Shown: positions 1-9,907 of the stretch, piece by piece
Numbering within the stretch: position 1 is the first letter of the stretch
Layout: every line of letters starts with the position of its first letter
From: Acidobacteriaceae bacterium
GTDB lineage: Bacteria; Acidobacteriota; Terriglobia; Terriglobales; Acidobacteriaceae
DNA: 64,000 bases
Assembly: GCA_003151155.1 (NCBI GenBank)
Contig: PLWX01000066.1
Span: 10,559 to 74,558, forward strand
Reading direction: 5' to 3'
Made by a program: the position numbers and the translations under genes
The notes under the pieces: model-generated
Seen by the model: the letters and a program-made list of their open reading frames with translations, nothing else
Database searches by the model: none
Told to the model about the DNA's origin: nothing

Positions 1-785
1 CGATTTCAACGTGGCGCTCGCCTTTGCAATGGCGGAACCTTTCTCATCCGTCGTCTCAATGCACCAGCCTTCCAGCTTCGTGGGCTGCCGAGTGCAGAAT
101 TGGTCGTAGCTCAACCCACATGCATTTTCCGCCACGAAGATCGCATCGACGGCCGGAGAGCGCTCATCCATCGTCACGATAATCGGAATGCGCCCGAACT
201 TCTTCGAGGTTCCTGACATTGGATCGGCCTGCGAAAGCTCGATCCAGTATCGTCCCGCCTTCACCGCGGGCAAATCAAATCGCCCTTGCACATCGGTATC
301 GCTCACGCCCATTTCATTTGCATCGGGATAGCCAAGCAGCGTCACCTGGTAATGCCGCAACGGATTGGTTCCGTTCTTCAGGATTGCACTTGCCGAGCGC
401 ATCGGCAGCCAGTTGACGTTGGGCCACGTGTACTGGAGAGCGCTCTCGCCTCCCATCGCTCCCACCTGCACGTCGTAGCGCTGGCGCTCGTTCATCGCAT
501 CCGTAACTGAAACGAGAAATTTCCCAACGGAAGCTTCGCAAAATTCAGGACACCGTCTTTGTCCGTCGTACCACTTGAAACCGGATGCATGGTGTTATAA
601 CGATCGATCGTTCCCAACACCACCTTTACAGCGGCCTTGGGAGCGCTTCGAAAATCTGCGACGGTGAGTTTGAAGGAGCGGTTCACGATGGGAGTAGCCG
701 CAGGCTGTTGGCAAGTGTCGCCAAACGCCGCGGAAGAAAAGACCAGCCCAGCGGTCATCAGCAGTCCCTGCCAGCGGCCTTTCAT
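1..785 (-). pseudogene. Secreted protein with carboxypeptidase-regulatory-like/Cna-B-type beta domains, frameshifted near 510, runs off the window start
   Basis: Signal peptide MKGRWQGLLMTAGLVFSSAAFG and motif GTTDKDGVLNFAKLPLGNF. The ORF stops at 492, but another frame stays open to base 1 and carries a second motif, SDTDVQGRFDLPAVKAGRYWI. One extra T in TCGTTTCAG would join the frames. Confidence 0.6.
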
Positions 786-810
786 CGACTCTCCTCCGTT
801 CGTCGGGCCA

Positions 811-1932
811 TCACTTCCCTTTCCATTCGTCCATCATCTTCACAAAATCGCCGAACAGGTAATGCGAGTCATGTGGACCCGGCGATGCCTCGGGGTGATA
901 CTGCACGCTGAACAGCGGCAGCGAACGATGCCGCAGGCCTTCCAGCGTGTTGTCGTTCAGGTCGATATGCGTCAATTCCACTTCGCTCTGTTTCAGCGAA
1001 TCCGGATCGACCGCGAAATTGTGGTTGTGCGCTGTGATCTCGACTTTGCCGGTATTCAACTGCTTCACCGGGTGATTGCCGCCGTGATGTCCGAACTTGA
1101 GCTTGTACGTTTTGCCGCCTAGCGCAAGGCCGATCAACTGATGTCCGAGACAGATTCCGAAAACCGGCACGCGTCCCATCAGGTTTTGAATATTCTTCTG
1201 TGCGTAGGTCACCGGCTCCGGATCGCCCGGTCCATTCGACAGGAATACGCCATCCGGCTTCATCGCCAGCACATCTTCGGCTGAAGTCTGCGCCGGCACC
1301 ACGGTCACGTTGCAGCACTCGCCCACCAGCATGCGCAGGATGTTGTGCTTGATGCCATAGTCGTAGGCGACGACGTTGTGCTTCGGTTTCTCGAGTTCCA
1401 CCGGCTTGCCGATGGTGACCGGCCCTTTGTCCCAGGTGTAAAGCTTCCTGGTCGTGACCACGCTCGCGAGATCGGTGCCATCCATCTTGCGAATGGATTT
1501 TGCCTTCGCGACCAGCTTCTCAACATCCGTCTCGGAGGTTGATATCACGCCGCGCATTACGCCATGGTCGCGTAAGTGGCGCACCAGGGCGCGGGTATCG
1601 ATCTCGGCGAGCACGGGAATATTGTTGCGTTTCAGGTAGTCGTCTGCATCATCGTCCGAGCGCCAATTCGAAGTCACCTTCGAAAACTCGCGCACGATCA
1701 GCCCTTCGATATAAGGCCTGCTCGCCTCTTCGTCTTCAGGGTTGGTTCCGTAGTTGCCGATCTGGGGGTTGGTAAGAACGACGATCTGTCCGGCGTAGGA
1801 AGGGTCGGTGAAGATTTCCTGATAGCCGGTGATGGAAGTATTAAAAACTACTTCCCCGATGCACGCGCTTGCTGCTCCGTAACCTTTGCCTCGGAAGATG
1901 CGGCCATCTTCCAGCGCAAGGATTGCTTGCAC
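811..1932 (-). CDS. carA: Carbamoyl-phosphate synthase small subunit
   Basis: GEVVFNTSITGYQEIFTDPSY, LSNGPGDP, GICLGHQ, QYHPEASPGPHD motifs. Confidence 0.97.
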   Translation of the reverse strand: MQAILALEDGRIFRGKGYGAASACIGEVVFNTSITGYQEIFTDPSYAGQIVVLTNPQIGNYGTNPEDEEASRPYIEGLIVREFSKVTSNWRSDDDADDYLKRNNIPVLAEIDTRALVRHLRDHGVMRGVISTSETDVEKLVAKAKSIRKMDGTDLASVVTTRKLYTWDKGPVTIGKPVELEKPKHNVVAYDYGIKHNILRMLVGECCNVTVVPAQTSAEDVLAMKPDGVFLSNGPGDPEPVTYAQKNIQNLMGRVPVFGICLGHQLIGLALGGKTYKLKFGHHGGNHPVKQLNTGKVEITAHNHNFAVDPDSLKQSEVELTHIDLNDNTLEGLRHRSLPLFSVQYHPEASPGPHDSHYLFGDFVKMMDEWKGK

Positions 1933-2049
1933 ATAATTCTCCGGGGGTGGATTTTAAAGATTTTAGCAGGTGTAGAGAGAATTCAGGGAAACCAGATTAC
2001 AAATTCTACGAATCGCCGTTTGTCGCGCAGTTTTCGCAGCAGGAACGCA

Positions 2050-2292
2050 TCAGGAGAGGTGCAGATCGATCGGAGGCTTGCTGGTTAGGCGGCGCACGAT
2101 CACGTAGCCGATGCCAATCAAGGCACTCGCCGGCATTGCCACCGTCGCCCAAAATCCAACCTCAGGGACCGTCACGGCGACACCCGCAAGCAGCGCAATC
2201 GCCAGTAAAATGCCCAGTCCACCGCCGACTGGAATCGCGGTACTCTGCGGTCCCCAGCTGCGTGGCGAATCGTGATCGCTCAATCTGCGCAT
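2050..2292 (-). CDS. Small two-TM hypothetical membrane protein
   Basis: 80-aa ORF with two hydrophobic segments, co-oriented between lepB and carA. Confidence 0.55.
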   Translation of the reverse strand: MRRLSDHDSPRSWGPQSTAIPVGGGLGILLAIALLAGVAVTVPEVGFWATVAMPASALIGIGYVIVRRLTSKPPIDLHLS

Positions 2293-2308
2293 ACGCTTGC
2301 CTTTCGTC

Positions 2309-2869
2309 TCAGTGCAGCGTGCCCATCTTATCGACCGGCCAATACGCGAACACCGCTTTACCGTAAATCAACTCTTCCGGCACTGGGCCAAAATCGCGGC
2401 TGTCATTTGACAGGTTGCGATGGTCTCCGAGCACAAAAAACGCATGCTCCGGAACCCGCGTCTCGGGATAGGTGCGCGTATCCACGTAATCTCCGGGAAC
2501 GTAGGTCTCGCGAACGCGTCGGCTATTTACGTAGAGTTGGCCGTCGTCAATGCGCACCCGGTCGCCAGCCACTGCCACCACCCGTTTGATGTAACTCTTC
2601 GAAGGATCGAGCGGATAGCGGAACACGATCACATCGCCGCGCGAGATCGGTTCCAGCTTGTAGACGAACTTGTTGATGAAGATGCGTTCCTGGTCGGTAA
2701 GTCCCGGCATCATGCTCGTGCCTTCAACCTTCACCGGTTGATACAGGAAAATGATGATAAACGCGGAGACCGCCAGCGAGATGAAGATATCCCGCGCCCA
2801 GACCTGCCACACCCGCAATGACGAAGCCGGGGTTGGAATTGCCGGTGGTGTCGGTGCTTCTTCGATCAT
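2309..2869 (-). CDS. lepB: Signal peptidase I
   Basis: TM anchor, then GTSMMPGL (Ser), YIKRVVA (Lys), GDHRNLSNDSRDFGPV. Confidence 0.95.
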   Translation of the reverse strand: MIEEAPTPPAIPTPASSLRVWQVWARDIFISLAVSAFIIIFLYQPVKVEGTSMMPGLTDQERIFINKFVYKLEPISRGDVIVFRYPLDPSKSYIKRVVAVAGDRVRIDDGQLYVNSRRVRETYVPGDYVDTRTYPETRVPEHAFFVLGDHRNLSNDSRDFGPVPEELIYGKAVFAYWPVDKMGTLH

Positions 2870-2996
2870 CCCGCTCCGCTTACTCTGCCCGCCCGCTCAA
2901 GCTGCGAGCCACCTCTCAATTATACGGCGAAAAACATCACTTCCGGACCGCACAAATTGGACTCTTTCGTCGGGTAAAATGACCTGGAGGTCACTC

Positions 2997-3437
2997 GTGA
3001 AAAAGTCCATGGTTCTTATCCCGACGGTCGCTCTCCTCGCGATCCTGGCCTTCGCGCAATCCGATAATCCGGTCCCAGCCTTCAACTCAAATCCGCCGAC
3101 CGCCGCCGACAAGTTGCCGCCGATCCTGCCCAAGGATCAGCGCTGGGGCGAGAGCTTCCAGAATCCCTACCAGGTGCACGCCTACGAACTGGCCGAGAAG
3201 ATCCCCGCTGTTCTCCATCAACTCCCCTGCTATTGCTACTGCGACAAGATGGGCCATAAGAGCCTGCGCACTTGCTACGAAACCACCCACGGCGCGCACT
3301 GCGGCACCTGCATGAAAGAGCTCTATTACGCCTACCAGCAGACCCAGCTGAAGAAAACACCCAAGGAGATTCGCGAAGGCATCATTCGTGGCGATTGGCA
3401 GAACATCGACCTCGCGACCGCTGTCACCATGAATTAG
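2997..3437 (+). CDS. Secreted PCYCGC-motif family protein
   Basis: GGAGG before GTG 2997, signal peptide, PCYCYC...HKSLRTCY...HGAHCGTC. Confidence 0.8.
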   Translation: MKKSMVLIPTVALLAILAFAQSDNPVPAFNSNPPTAADKLPPILPKDQRWGESFQNPYQVHAYELAEKIPAVLHQLPCYCYCDKMGHKSLRTCYETTHGAHCGTCMKELYYAYQQTQLKKTPKEIREGIIRGDWQNIDLATAVTMN

Positions 3438-3450
3438 ATCGTCAGACGAT

Positions 3451-4136
3451 TTACTGTAACCAGTTGAAGTAAACGCAAATCACGCCAAACGTGTCGATGA
3501 ACCCGTGCGCCAGGATGCAAACCCATAAATTACGTCCCGACACGATATAGGCCGCGCCGAGGACCACTCCTGCCATTCCGGAGTCGATGATTCCGGCGGG
3601 GCCTTTGTAAAAGTGCCCGTAGCCAAACAGCACAGCGACCAAAATCACCGCAACCCAGTAGGCAATCTTCGACCGACCGACTACATCCGCCGCGCGACCG
3701 ATGAGATACCCGCGATACCAATCTCCTCGCCAAATGCCGCAAACGTCCACACCAGCAACAACCATTGCAAAGCCACCAGAGGATGTCCCGCGATCTCATT
3801 CATCCCACCCGGCGCCTTAGCCGCCGGCCAGAAATGCGCTGTCAACGCATCAAGCGGCACGCTTAGCAAGATGCGCAATGCCGCCGCGCCCAGTGCCAGC
3901 AAAATCGTCTTCCGCCACGACAGCGGCCACCGCAGCCCCATCGCGAGCCAACCGCCATCTCGCAACTTGAACGAGACGAGGCCGAGCACGAAGAGAATCG
4001 GCACTTCGTTAGGGATCTTGTGATCCACGTTGTGCGCAATCACGATCGCTGCGCCAACCAAAAATTCTGCGAGCGAAATCCACCGTTGCATTGGCGACAA
4101 TGCAACTGGACGTACTGCAACCGCGGCGCCGCTCAT
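3451..4136 (-). pseudogene. CPBP/CAAX (Abi) intramembrane protease, frameshifted near 3718
   Basis: AFGEEIG in one frame continues as YRGYL...FGYGH...LAHGFID in another. ATG 4136 overlaps the upstream stop (ATGA). Confidence 0.8.
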
Positions 4137-4753
4137 CGCGCATCTCCGCGCAACGCGCGAGCAGTGCGATACTTCCGCACGCTCCAAACCGCAAAACGCG
4201 TAGTCAGCACCAACAACCCGCACCCGAGCAACAACCCGAGCGGCACAATCCACCAGCCAAGCAGTTCCCTGCCACTGGCCGGAGGCATCCCGAAGCCGAG
4301 CCGCAACGAAAACTCGAGCGAGTCCCCGTCTCCCCACCGCCACAATCCCGCGGTGTACGGATGCAGCAACTTCGCCCAGGCAGCAAGCACGGAGAGGATG
4401 CCAAGCGAATAGCCGCTCACCGTCGCCAGCAAGACAGCAAATCCGGCCAAGCTCAAACTTGCCCAGTGGAACAAACCACGGAGAATGCGCCATGGTGAAC
4501 GGCTGACCTCAGCCCGTACCAGCAGTTCATCGGTGACATATGCGGCAGCGAGATCTTCAGGCGTTCCCAGGGCGTCCAGGGTACTTCCCACGACGTCTGA
4601 AGAAAATCCTCCCGTCGTCGCGCTGGCTTTCTCCACGATATGCGCGCGCAGTTCCGCCACGATCTCGTCGACGTCGCCAGCTCTCATCCCCCGCAGTCGC
4701 TTACGTAACTGTTCGAGATAGGCGTTCATCCGTTTCTCTGCAAGGTCGTTCAT
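4133..4753 (-). CDS. HAAS/DUF1700-type membrane protein
   Basis: YLEQLRKRL...EIVAELRAHI...LGTPEDLA followed by TM helices; coupled to padR by an ATGA overlap. Confidence 0.75.
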   Translation of the reverse strand: MNDLAEKRMNAYLEQLRKRLRGMRAGDVDEIVAELRAHIVEKASATTGGFSSDVVGSTLDALGTPEDLAAAYVTDELLVRAEVSRSPWRILRGLFHWASLSLAGFAVLLATVSGYSLGILSVLAAWAKLLHPYTAGLWRWGDGDSLEFSLRLGFGMPPASGRELLGWWIVPLGLLLGCGLLVLTTRFAVWSVRKYRTARALRGDAR

Positions 4754-5130
4754 AAGTTGTCGCCTTTCGCCGAACGCTGCTTGAGCGGCGTCAGCAGTCG
4801 ATCCATACCGGTGGAGAATCGTGACCAACTTTCCGCCATTTCGCGAGTCCTCTTCCGCCCCTCCGTTGTCAGTGAGTAATACTTCCGCGGATGTCCACCC
4901 TCTGATTCGACCCACTCGCTATTCATAAGCCCAAGGGATTTCAGTCGGCTCAGGAGTGGATAAATCGTCCCTTCCGTGATCACCAAGTCGGAGTCACTCT
5001 CCAGTTGGCGAAGAATCTCCAGACCGTACCGGCGTTCCTTCCACAACGTCGCGAGGATTGCCAGTTCCAGACACCCCTTTCGAAGTTGCGCTTCCCACTT
5101 ATCCTGAAGTTCTCGATCGATTGGTTTCAT
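4750..5130 (-). CDS. PadR-family transcriptional regulator
   Basis: LRKGCLELAIL, YGLEI, EGTIYPLLSRL, RKYYSLT. Confidence 0.93.
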   Translation of the reverse strand: MKPIDRELQDKWEAQLRKGCLELAILATLWKERRYGLEILRQLESDSDLVITEGTIYPLLSRLKSLGLMNSEWVESEGGHPRKYYSLTTEGRKRTREMAESWSRFSTGMDRLLTPLKQRSAKGDNL

Positions 5131-5135
5131 CGCCT

Positions 5136-5156
5136 ATACCTTGCTATACAAGGTAT
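5136..5156. promoter_or_regulatory. Probable PadR autoregulatory operator
   Basis: Perfect inverted repeat ATACCTTG-ctata-CAAGGTAT 5 bp upstream of the padR start. Confidence 0.7.
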
Positions 5157-5242
5157 CATGCAGTCAAGCACTATCTCACCGATTGCTCCGGTTCGAACCC
5201 GCACAGCTTTTCCTCCCAGATTGGGCCCAAACGTAGGTCAAG

Positions 5243-5271
5243 TTGACGCGGAGATGGATTGCAGGTATAAA
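5243..5271 (+). promoter_or_regulatory. Sigma70-type promoter for the TPR gene
   Basis: TTGACG-N17-TATAAA. Confidence 0.6.
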
Positions 5272-5389
5272 CCGTGCTTGCCCTTAGCAATCGTCCGTTT
5301 TCCACAGCCAACGGCCTGTTGCTCGTTTCGCTCAATTTGGCCGGTGCATTGGAATGAAGAAGAAAGCGCCACTAATAGTTAAAGAAACA

Positions 5390-6004
5390 ATGGCTAAGTC
5401 AAACCAAGCAAAGCCTATTGCAAAGCGCAAGCCGCAGCCGGCGGAAGCTGAGTCCGCTTCTGACAAGGCCCTCGTCTCTTCCAGTGATCCACGTTTCACA
5501 CAGGCTGTGCAAAACTACGAGTCTGGGCTGAAGGCTATGCAAGCCCATAAATTCGACAAGGCCGTCACCTTCCTGGAGAAGGTAGTTTCCGGTCCCAGCC
5601 GCGAACTGGGAGACCGTGCTGCGGTTCATCTGAACACCTGCAGACAGCAGGCCGCCCGTGGCGATAACGCCAGCAAGTTCCGCTCGCCCGAAGAGCACTA
5701 CGACTACGCCATCTCGCTGGTCAACATGGGCGACTACATTACCGCCCGCGAGCATTTTGACAAGCTTCTGAAGTCCCATCCGACCAAGGATTTCGTTTGG
5801 TATGGCTCTGCCGCATTGGAGTGTCTGACCGGACATTTCCCCGAATCGATACGTGCCCTCGCCGAATCCATTCGATTGAATCCGGGTAACCGTTTCCAGG
5901 CTCGCAACGATTCCGATTTCAACAATCTCTCCGACGATCCGCGCTTCACCGAGTTGCTCTATCCCGAGGCCGGTTATGACGGACCTTCGTCCACGCATTT
6001 TTAG
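5390..6004 (+). CDS. Tetratricopeptide-repeat protein
   Basis: TPR-like helices and C-terminal ARNDSDFNNL; start could be 5354. Confidence 0.75.
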   Translation: MAKSNQAKPIAKRKPQPAEAESASDKALVSSSDPRFTQAVQNYESGLKAMQAHKFDKAVTFLEKVVSGPSRELGDRAAVHLNTCRQQAARGDNASKFRSPEEHYDYAISLVNMGDYITAREHFDKLLKSHPTKDFVWYGSAALECLTGHFPESIRALAESIRLNPGNRFQARNDSDFNNLSDDPRFTELLYPEAGYDGPSSTHF

Positions 6005-6031
6005 CGGCGTATCGACTTCGCACTCCGCACG

Positions 6032-7087
6032 ATGAGCGCCCTCCCCGAGAAACAGGCATTGAATGTCGTCGCTATCGGCGGAGGCACCGGGCTCTCTACC
6101 CTGTTGCGTGGATTAAAGCGATACGTGCGGGGATCGGAAGACCAGGCGCTTCCGGCCGCCGCTACCATCAGCAGCCTCACCGCAATCGTCACCGTCAGCG
6201 ATGACGGCGGTTCCAGCGGCCGTCTCCGTAAGGAATTCAACGTCCTTCCCCCGGGCGACATTCGTAACTGCATCGTCGCTCTCTCCGAAGAAGAAGAACT
6301 CCTCTCCCGGCTTTTTCAATACCGGTTCCGCGCCGGCGAAGGCTTGAAAGACCACAACTTCGGCAACCTGTTTTTGTTGGCGCTCTCCGATCTCACCGGA
6401 GACTTCGCCGAAGCGGTTCGCCTCTCCTCCGAAGTCCTCGCGACCCGCGGACGCATTTTCCCTGCTACCACCAGCCACGTCCAACTCGAAGCCCAAATGG
6501 ACGACGGCAGCAGAGTTCTGGGCGAGACCAACATCACCGCCAGCAAACGTCGCATCGTTAACCTGCGCATGTTGCCAGAAAATGCCGAGCCCATCGCCGA
6601 CGCCATCGCCGCCATTCAGCAAGCCGACCTCATCACCATCGGCCCCGGATCGCTTTTCACCAGTCTCGTCCCTAACCTGCTGGTGAACGCCGTTCCCAAA
6701 GCAATCTGCGATTCCCACGCCGTCAAGGTGTATGTCTGTAACCTGATGACGCAAGCCAACGAGAGCCTCGACCTCAGCGCCGCTGACCACATTCGCGCTA
6801 TCTACGACCACGCGCACTGCGAGCTATTCGACTACGCAATCATCAATAACGCCAAGGCGCCCACCGAACTGCGTGAGAAATATGCGCAAGAAGGACAGGA
6901 ACAGATCGCGGTCGACGTCGACCGCATCCATGCGCTGGGTGTGAAGTCAATTCTCGGAAATTATCTCGATGTCTATCGCCGCGAAGAAGACGGTGCGCCC
7001 GTCGTCCGCCACAACACGCAACGCGTCAGCGAAGAGTTGGTAAAGATCGGAATCAACGCGAAAAGGGCGCCGCAGCCTTCGCTCTAA
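6032..7087 (+). CDS. yvcK: YvcK/GlmR (UPF0052) UDP-GlcNAc-binding protein
   Basis: GGGTGL, DDGGSSGRLR, PPGDIRNC, HNFGNL, GPGSLFTS. Confidence 0.92.
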   Translation: MSALPEKQALNVVAIGGGTGLSTLLRGLKRYVRGSEDQALPAAATISSLTAIVTVSDDGGSSGRLRKEFNVLPPGDIRNCIVALSEEEELLSRLFQYRFRAGEGLKDHNFGNLFLLALSDLTGDFAEAVRLSSEVLATRGRIFPATTSHVQLEAQMDDGSRVLGETNITASKRRIVNLRMLPENAEPIADAIAAIQQADLITIGPGSLFTSLVPNLLVNAVPKAICDSHAVKVYVCNLMTQANESLDLSAADHIRAIYDHAHCELFDYAIINNAKAPTELREKYAQEGQEQIAVDVDRIHALGVKSILGNYLDVYRREEDGAPVVRHNTQRVSEELVKIGINAKRAPQPSL

Positions 7088-8197
7088 CTACTTCCGCAGC
7101 GTCTCTTTCTTCACTGTAATCTTCTCGATTTGATCTTCCCGCAGCTTGTATCCCGTTCCCGGTTCATCGCGGATCGCGATAAATCCTTCGCGATCCACCG
7201 TGACCTCCGGCTCGATCACATCTTCCTTCCAATACCGTTTCGAGGCCGACACGTCGCCTGGCAGCTTGAAATTCGGCAGCGTCGAGAGCGCAATGTTGTG
7301 TGAGCGTCCCAGTCCTGTCTCCAGCATTCCGCCACACCACACCGGCACGTTGAACTTCTGCGCAATGTCGTGGATTTTGATTGCCTCGCTGAAACCTCCG
7401 ACGCGTCCGACCTTGATATTGATAATCCGGCAGGAGCCCAGTTCCAGCGCAGCCTGCGCATCGCGCGCGAATTCAATCGCCTCGTCCAGGCAGATCGCGG
7501 TCTGCATCTGCTTCTGCAAAACGGAGTGGAAATAGAAGTCATCGTTCCACAGCGGTTGCTCGATCATCAGCAGCTTGAACTCTTCAAATTTCTTCAAGTG
7601 CTCGATATCATTCAGCGTGTAGGCGGAGTTCGCGTCGCAGCTCAGCAGGATTTGCGGCCAACGCTTGCGGATCTTCGCCAGCACCTCGACATCCCATCCT
7701 GGCTTCACCTTCACCTTGATCCGCTGATATCCGGCTGCGAGTTCGGTCTCAATCTTGTCGAGCAGCTGTTCGTGCGAATCCTGTATGCCGATTGAGACGC
7801 CGCAAGGAATCTTATTCAGCGTACCGCCCAGTAGTTTCCACAGCGGCAGGTTCCTGGCTTTGGCCTCGGCATCCCAGACCGCATTTTCCAGCGCGCCCTT
7901 CGCCATGCGGTGCGCCCGCACCCGAGCCAAAAGCGCCGGCACGTCGCTTCCCTTCTCAACCTGCTTGCCCAGCAGCATGGGTCCCAGATACGTCCGAATG
8001 ACGTGAGAGGCTGTTTCCACCGACTCGCCGCTATAGAACGGCGCTTCGTCGGCCACGCACTCGCCCCAGCCATCCACACCCTCGCAATGCACCGTCACCA
8101 CCAATGCGCGGCGGCTATAGATCCGCCCAAAGCTGGTCTCGAAGAAGTGCACCAGCGGCATTTCGATCTCACGCAGCGTAATGGCTTCAATCTTCAT
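7088..8197 (-). CDS. menC: o-Succinylbenzoate synthase / N-succinylamino acid racemase (enolase superfamily)
   Basis: FETSFG, RIKVKVK, DAN, IEQPL, LDE, NIKVGRVGG, WCGGMLE, PGDVSASKRYW. Confidence 0.88.
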   Translation of the reverse strand: MKIEAITLREIEMPLVHFFETSFGRIYSRRALVVTVHCEGVDGWGECVADEAPFYSGESVETASHVIRTYLGPMLLGKQVEKGSDVPALLARVRAHRMAKGALENAVWDAEAKARNLPLWKLLGGTLNKIPCGVSIGIQDSHEQLLDKIETELAAGYQRIKVKVKPGWDVEVLAKIRKRWPQILLSCDANSAYTLNDIEHLKKFEEFKLLMIEQPLWNDDFYFHSVLQKQMQTAICLDEAIEFARDAQAALELGSCRIINIKVGRVGGFSEAIKIHDIAQKFNVPVWCGGMLETGLGRSHNIALSTLPNFKLPGDVSASKRYWKEDVIEPEVTVDREGFIAIRDEPGTGYKLREDQIEKITVKKETLRK

Positions 8198-8975
8198 TTG
8201 GATTTCCCTTGGTAGCATAGGTCCAGGTCTCATCCCATCGCCCCACGAGAAATGCGCCATTGCCTTCCGCATCGCGCTCGTACCCGAGGCACGCCAACCC
8301 TTTATCAAAACTGCCTAGAAAAAGATCGCGGTTGCGCGACTGGATGTCCTTGGCCCGCGCCCGCGTGGGCTCTTCCGCTTTCCACTGGTAAATCGCCGCA
8401 GGCACTTCGATCTTTAGCTCCTTAGGGATTGCGGGAAGCGCCCCGGTCTGCAACAGCGTCTTCACCCGTTTCGATTTCAGCCACCACTCCGCCACCAGTC
8501 GGTCCGTTGGCAAAAATCCCTGCAGTGGCGAGCTGGTTATCCCGTACTGGTTGATGTTGTAGCGCCGCGCAATCGCACCCAGCTTGGTGATGTTCAGGTA
8601 AGCATTCTTAATTTCCAGAGGATCGAAGGTCCACTCCATCAACTCATACCCGCGGGCGATCGCATCTTCACGCTGGAATAGCTTGATCTTCCGTCCGAGC
8701 CCTTGATTGCGATGGCTCTCCGCCACTGCCAGCATGTGCGAGTGTAAATATGAATAGCCATTGCGGCTGCCGGGAATGGCCAGGGCGAAACCCACCATGC
8801 GCTCGCCATCATAGGCTCCGATCACGTGGCCGCCGATCTTCGAAGCCACTGAGAACATCCGCAGCGGCACCAGGTCCAGGTCACTGAAGCCCCAAACCTC
8901 TTGCTGCAGATGTACGCATTGCTCCCATTCGCTCAGCTCTGTGCAAACGCGAATCATTATCTGGGGCTCGCTCAT
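8187..8975 (-). CDS. GNAT acyltransferase of the type paired with NSAR (probable D-amino-acid N-succinyltransferase)
   Basis: LHSHMLAV, WTFDPL, NAYLNITKLGA, PTDRLVAEWWL; adjacent to NSAR/OSBS. Confidence 0.8.
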   Translation of the reverse strand: MSEPQIMIRVCTELSEWEQCVHLQQEVWGFSDLDLVPLRMFSVASKIGGHVIGAYDGERMVGFALAIPGSRNGYSYLHSHMLAVAESHRNQGLGRKIKLFQREDAIARGYELMEWTFDPLEIKNAYLNITKLGAIARRYNINQYGITSSPLQGFLPTDRLVAEWWLKSKRVKTLLQTGALPAIPKELKIEVPAAIYQWKAEEPTRARAKDIQSRNRDLFLGSFDKGLACLGYERDAEGNGAFLVGRWDETWTYATKGNPNED

Positions 8976-9874
8976 CTCGCTTCTCGTTCCAGCTGTTTGG
9001 ATTGTTGCCAAAGTTCCTCCAACTGTTCCAGGGAGAGATCTTCCAGTTTCGTTCCTCTCTCGCTCGCAACGTGTTCCATCGCCAGGAAACGTGCCCGGAA
9101 CTTCCGGTTGGTTCGCTTCAATGCTGATTCCGGATCCACACGAACATAGCGCGCCAGGTTCACCACCGTAAACAACAGGTCGCCAATTTCATCTTCCAAT
9201 CGAGCCCGTAATGGATCAGGAAGCGGCGTCTCACCGCTCGAACTCGCGATCCCACGCCCGCTCGGCGCTGTCGGCTGACCACCCGGAAAGTGTTTGAGCT
9301 CTTCTTGTAACTCAGCGGTCTCTTCGCTAAGCTTCTCAAACAATCCTTCGATCTGCGGCCATTCGAAGCCGACATGAGCCGCCTTCGAACTGATCTTCCC
9401 CGCTTCGATCAATCCCGGCAATCCCGCGGAAACGCTTGCCAGCAGAGACTTCTTCTTGTCGTCCTTAGGCTTGCCAGTTTCTTCCGCGCGTTTCTCTTTT
9501 TCCCGGGCCTTCAACATCTCCCAGTTGCGCAGCACCTCTGCCGACGTATTCGCCTCCACATCGCCAAACACGTGCGGATGCCGATTCACCAGCTTTGTCG
9601 AGAGCCGTTCGATCACGTCATCGATGCTGAAGCGCTGCTCTTCCTGCGCCATCTGAGCGTAGAACAAAATCTGCAGCAGCAGATCGCCAAGCTCGCCGGG
9701 AAGTTCATCCCAGTCGCGATTGTCGATCGCTTCAATTACTTCGTAGGTTTCTTCGAGGGTGAAGGGCTTGATGGTATCGAAGGTCTGTTCGCGGTCCCAC
9801 GGACATCCGCCGGGCTCGCGCAACCGGCGCATAATGGCTACCGCCCGCTCAAAGCGTTCTCCAGTCGCGCTCAT
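8972..9874 (-). CDS. mazG: Nucleoside triphosphate pyrophosphohydrolase
   Basis: GGCPWDREQT, EETYE, ELGDLLLQ, RHPHVFG, EIGDLLF. Confidence 0.95.
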   Translation of the reverse strand: MSATGERFERAVAIMRRLREPGGCPWDREQTFDTIKPFTLEETYEVIEAIDNRDWDELPGELGDLLLQILFYAQMAQEEQRFSIDDVIERLSTKLVNRHPHVFGDVEANTSAEVLRNWEMLKAREKEKRAEETGKPKDDKKKSLLASVSAGLPGLIEAGKISSKAAHVGFEWPQIEGLFEKLSEETAELQEELKHFPGGQPTAPSGRGIASSSGETPLPDPLRARLEDEIGDLLFTVVNLARYVRVDPESALKRTNRKFRARFLAMEHVASERGTKLEDLSLEQLEELWQQSKQLEREAR

Positions 9875-9907
9875 TGCTGACCAGTGTAATTGTTCGCGAC
9901 GGATTCG

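Noticed and set aside
811-1932. carA without adjacent carB
   Set aside because: Split or interrupted carAB is common, and carB may lie just outside the window
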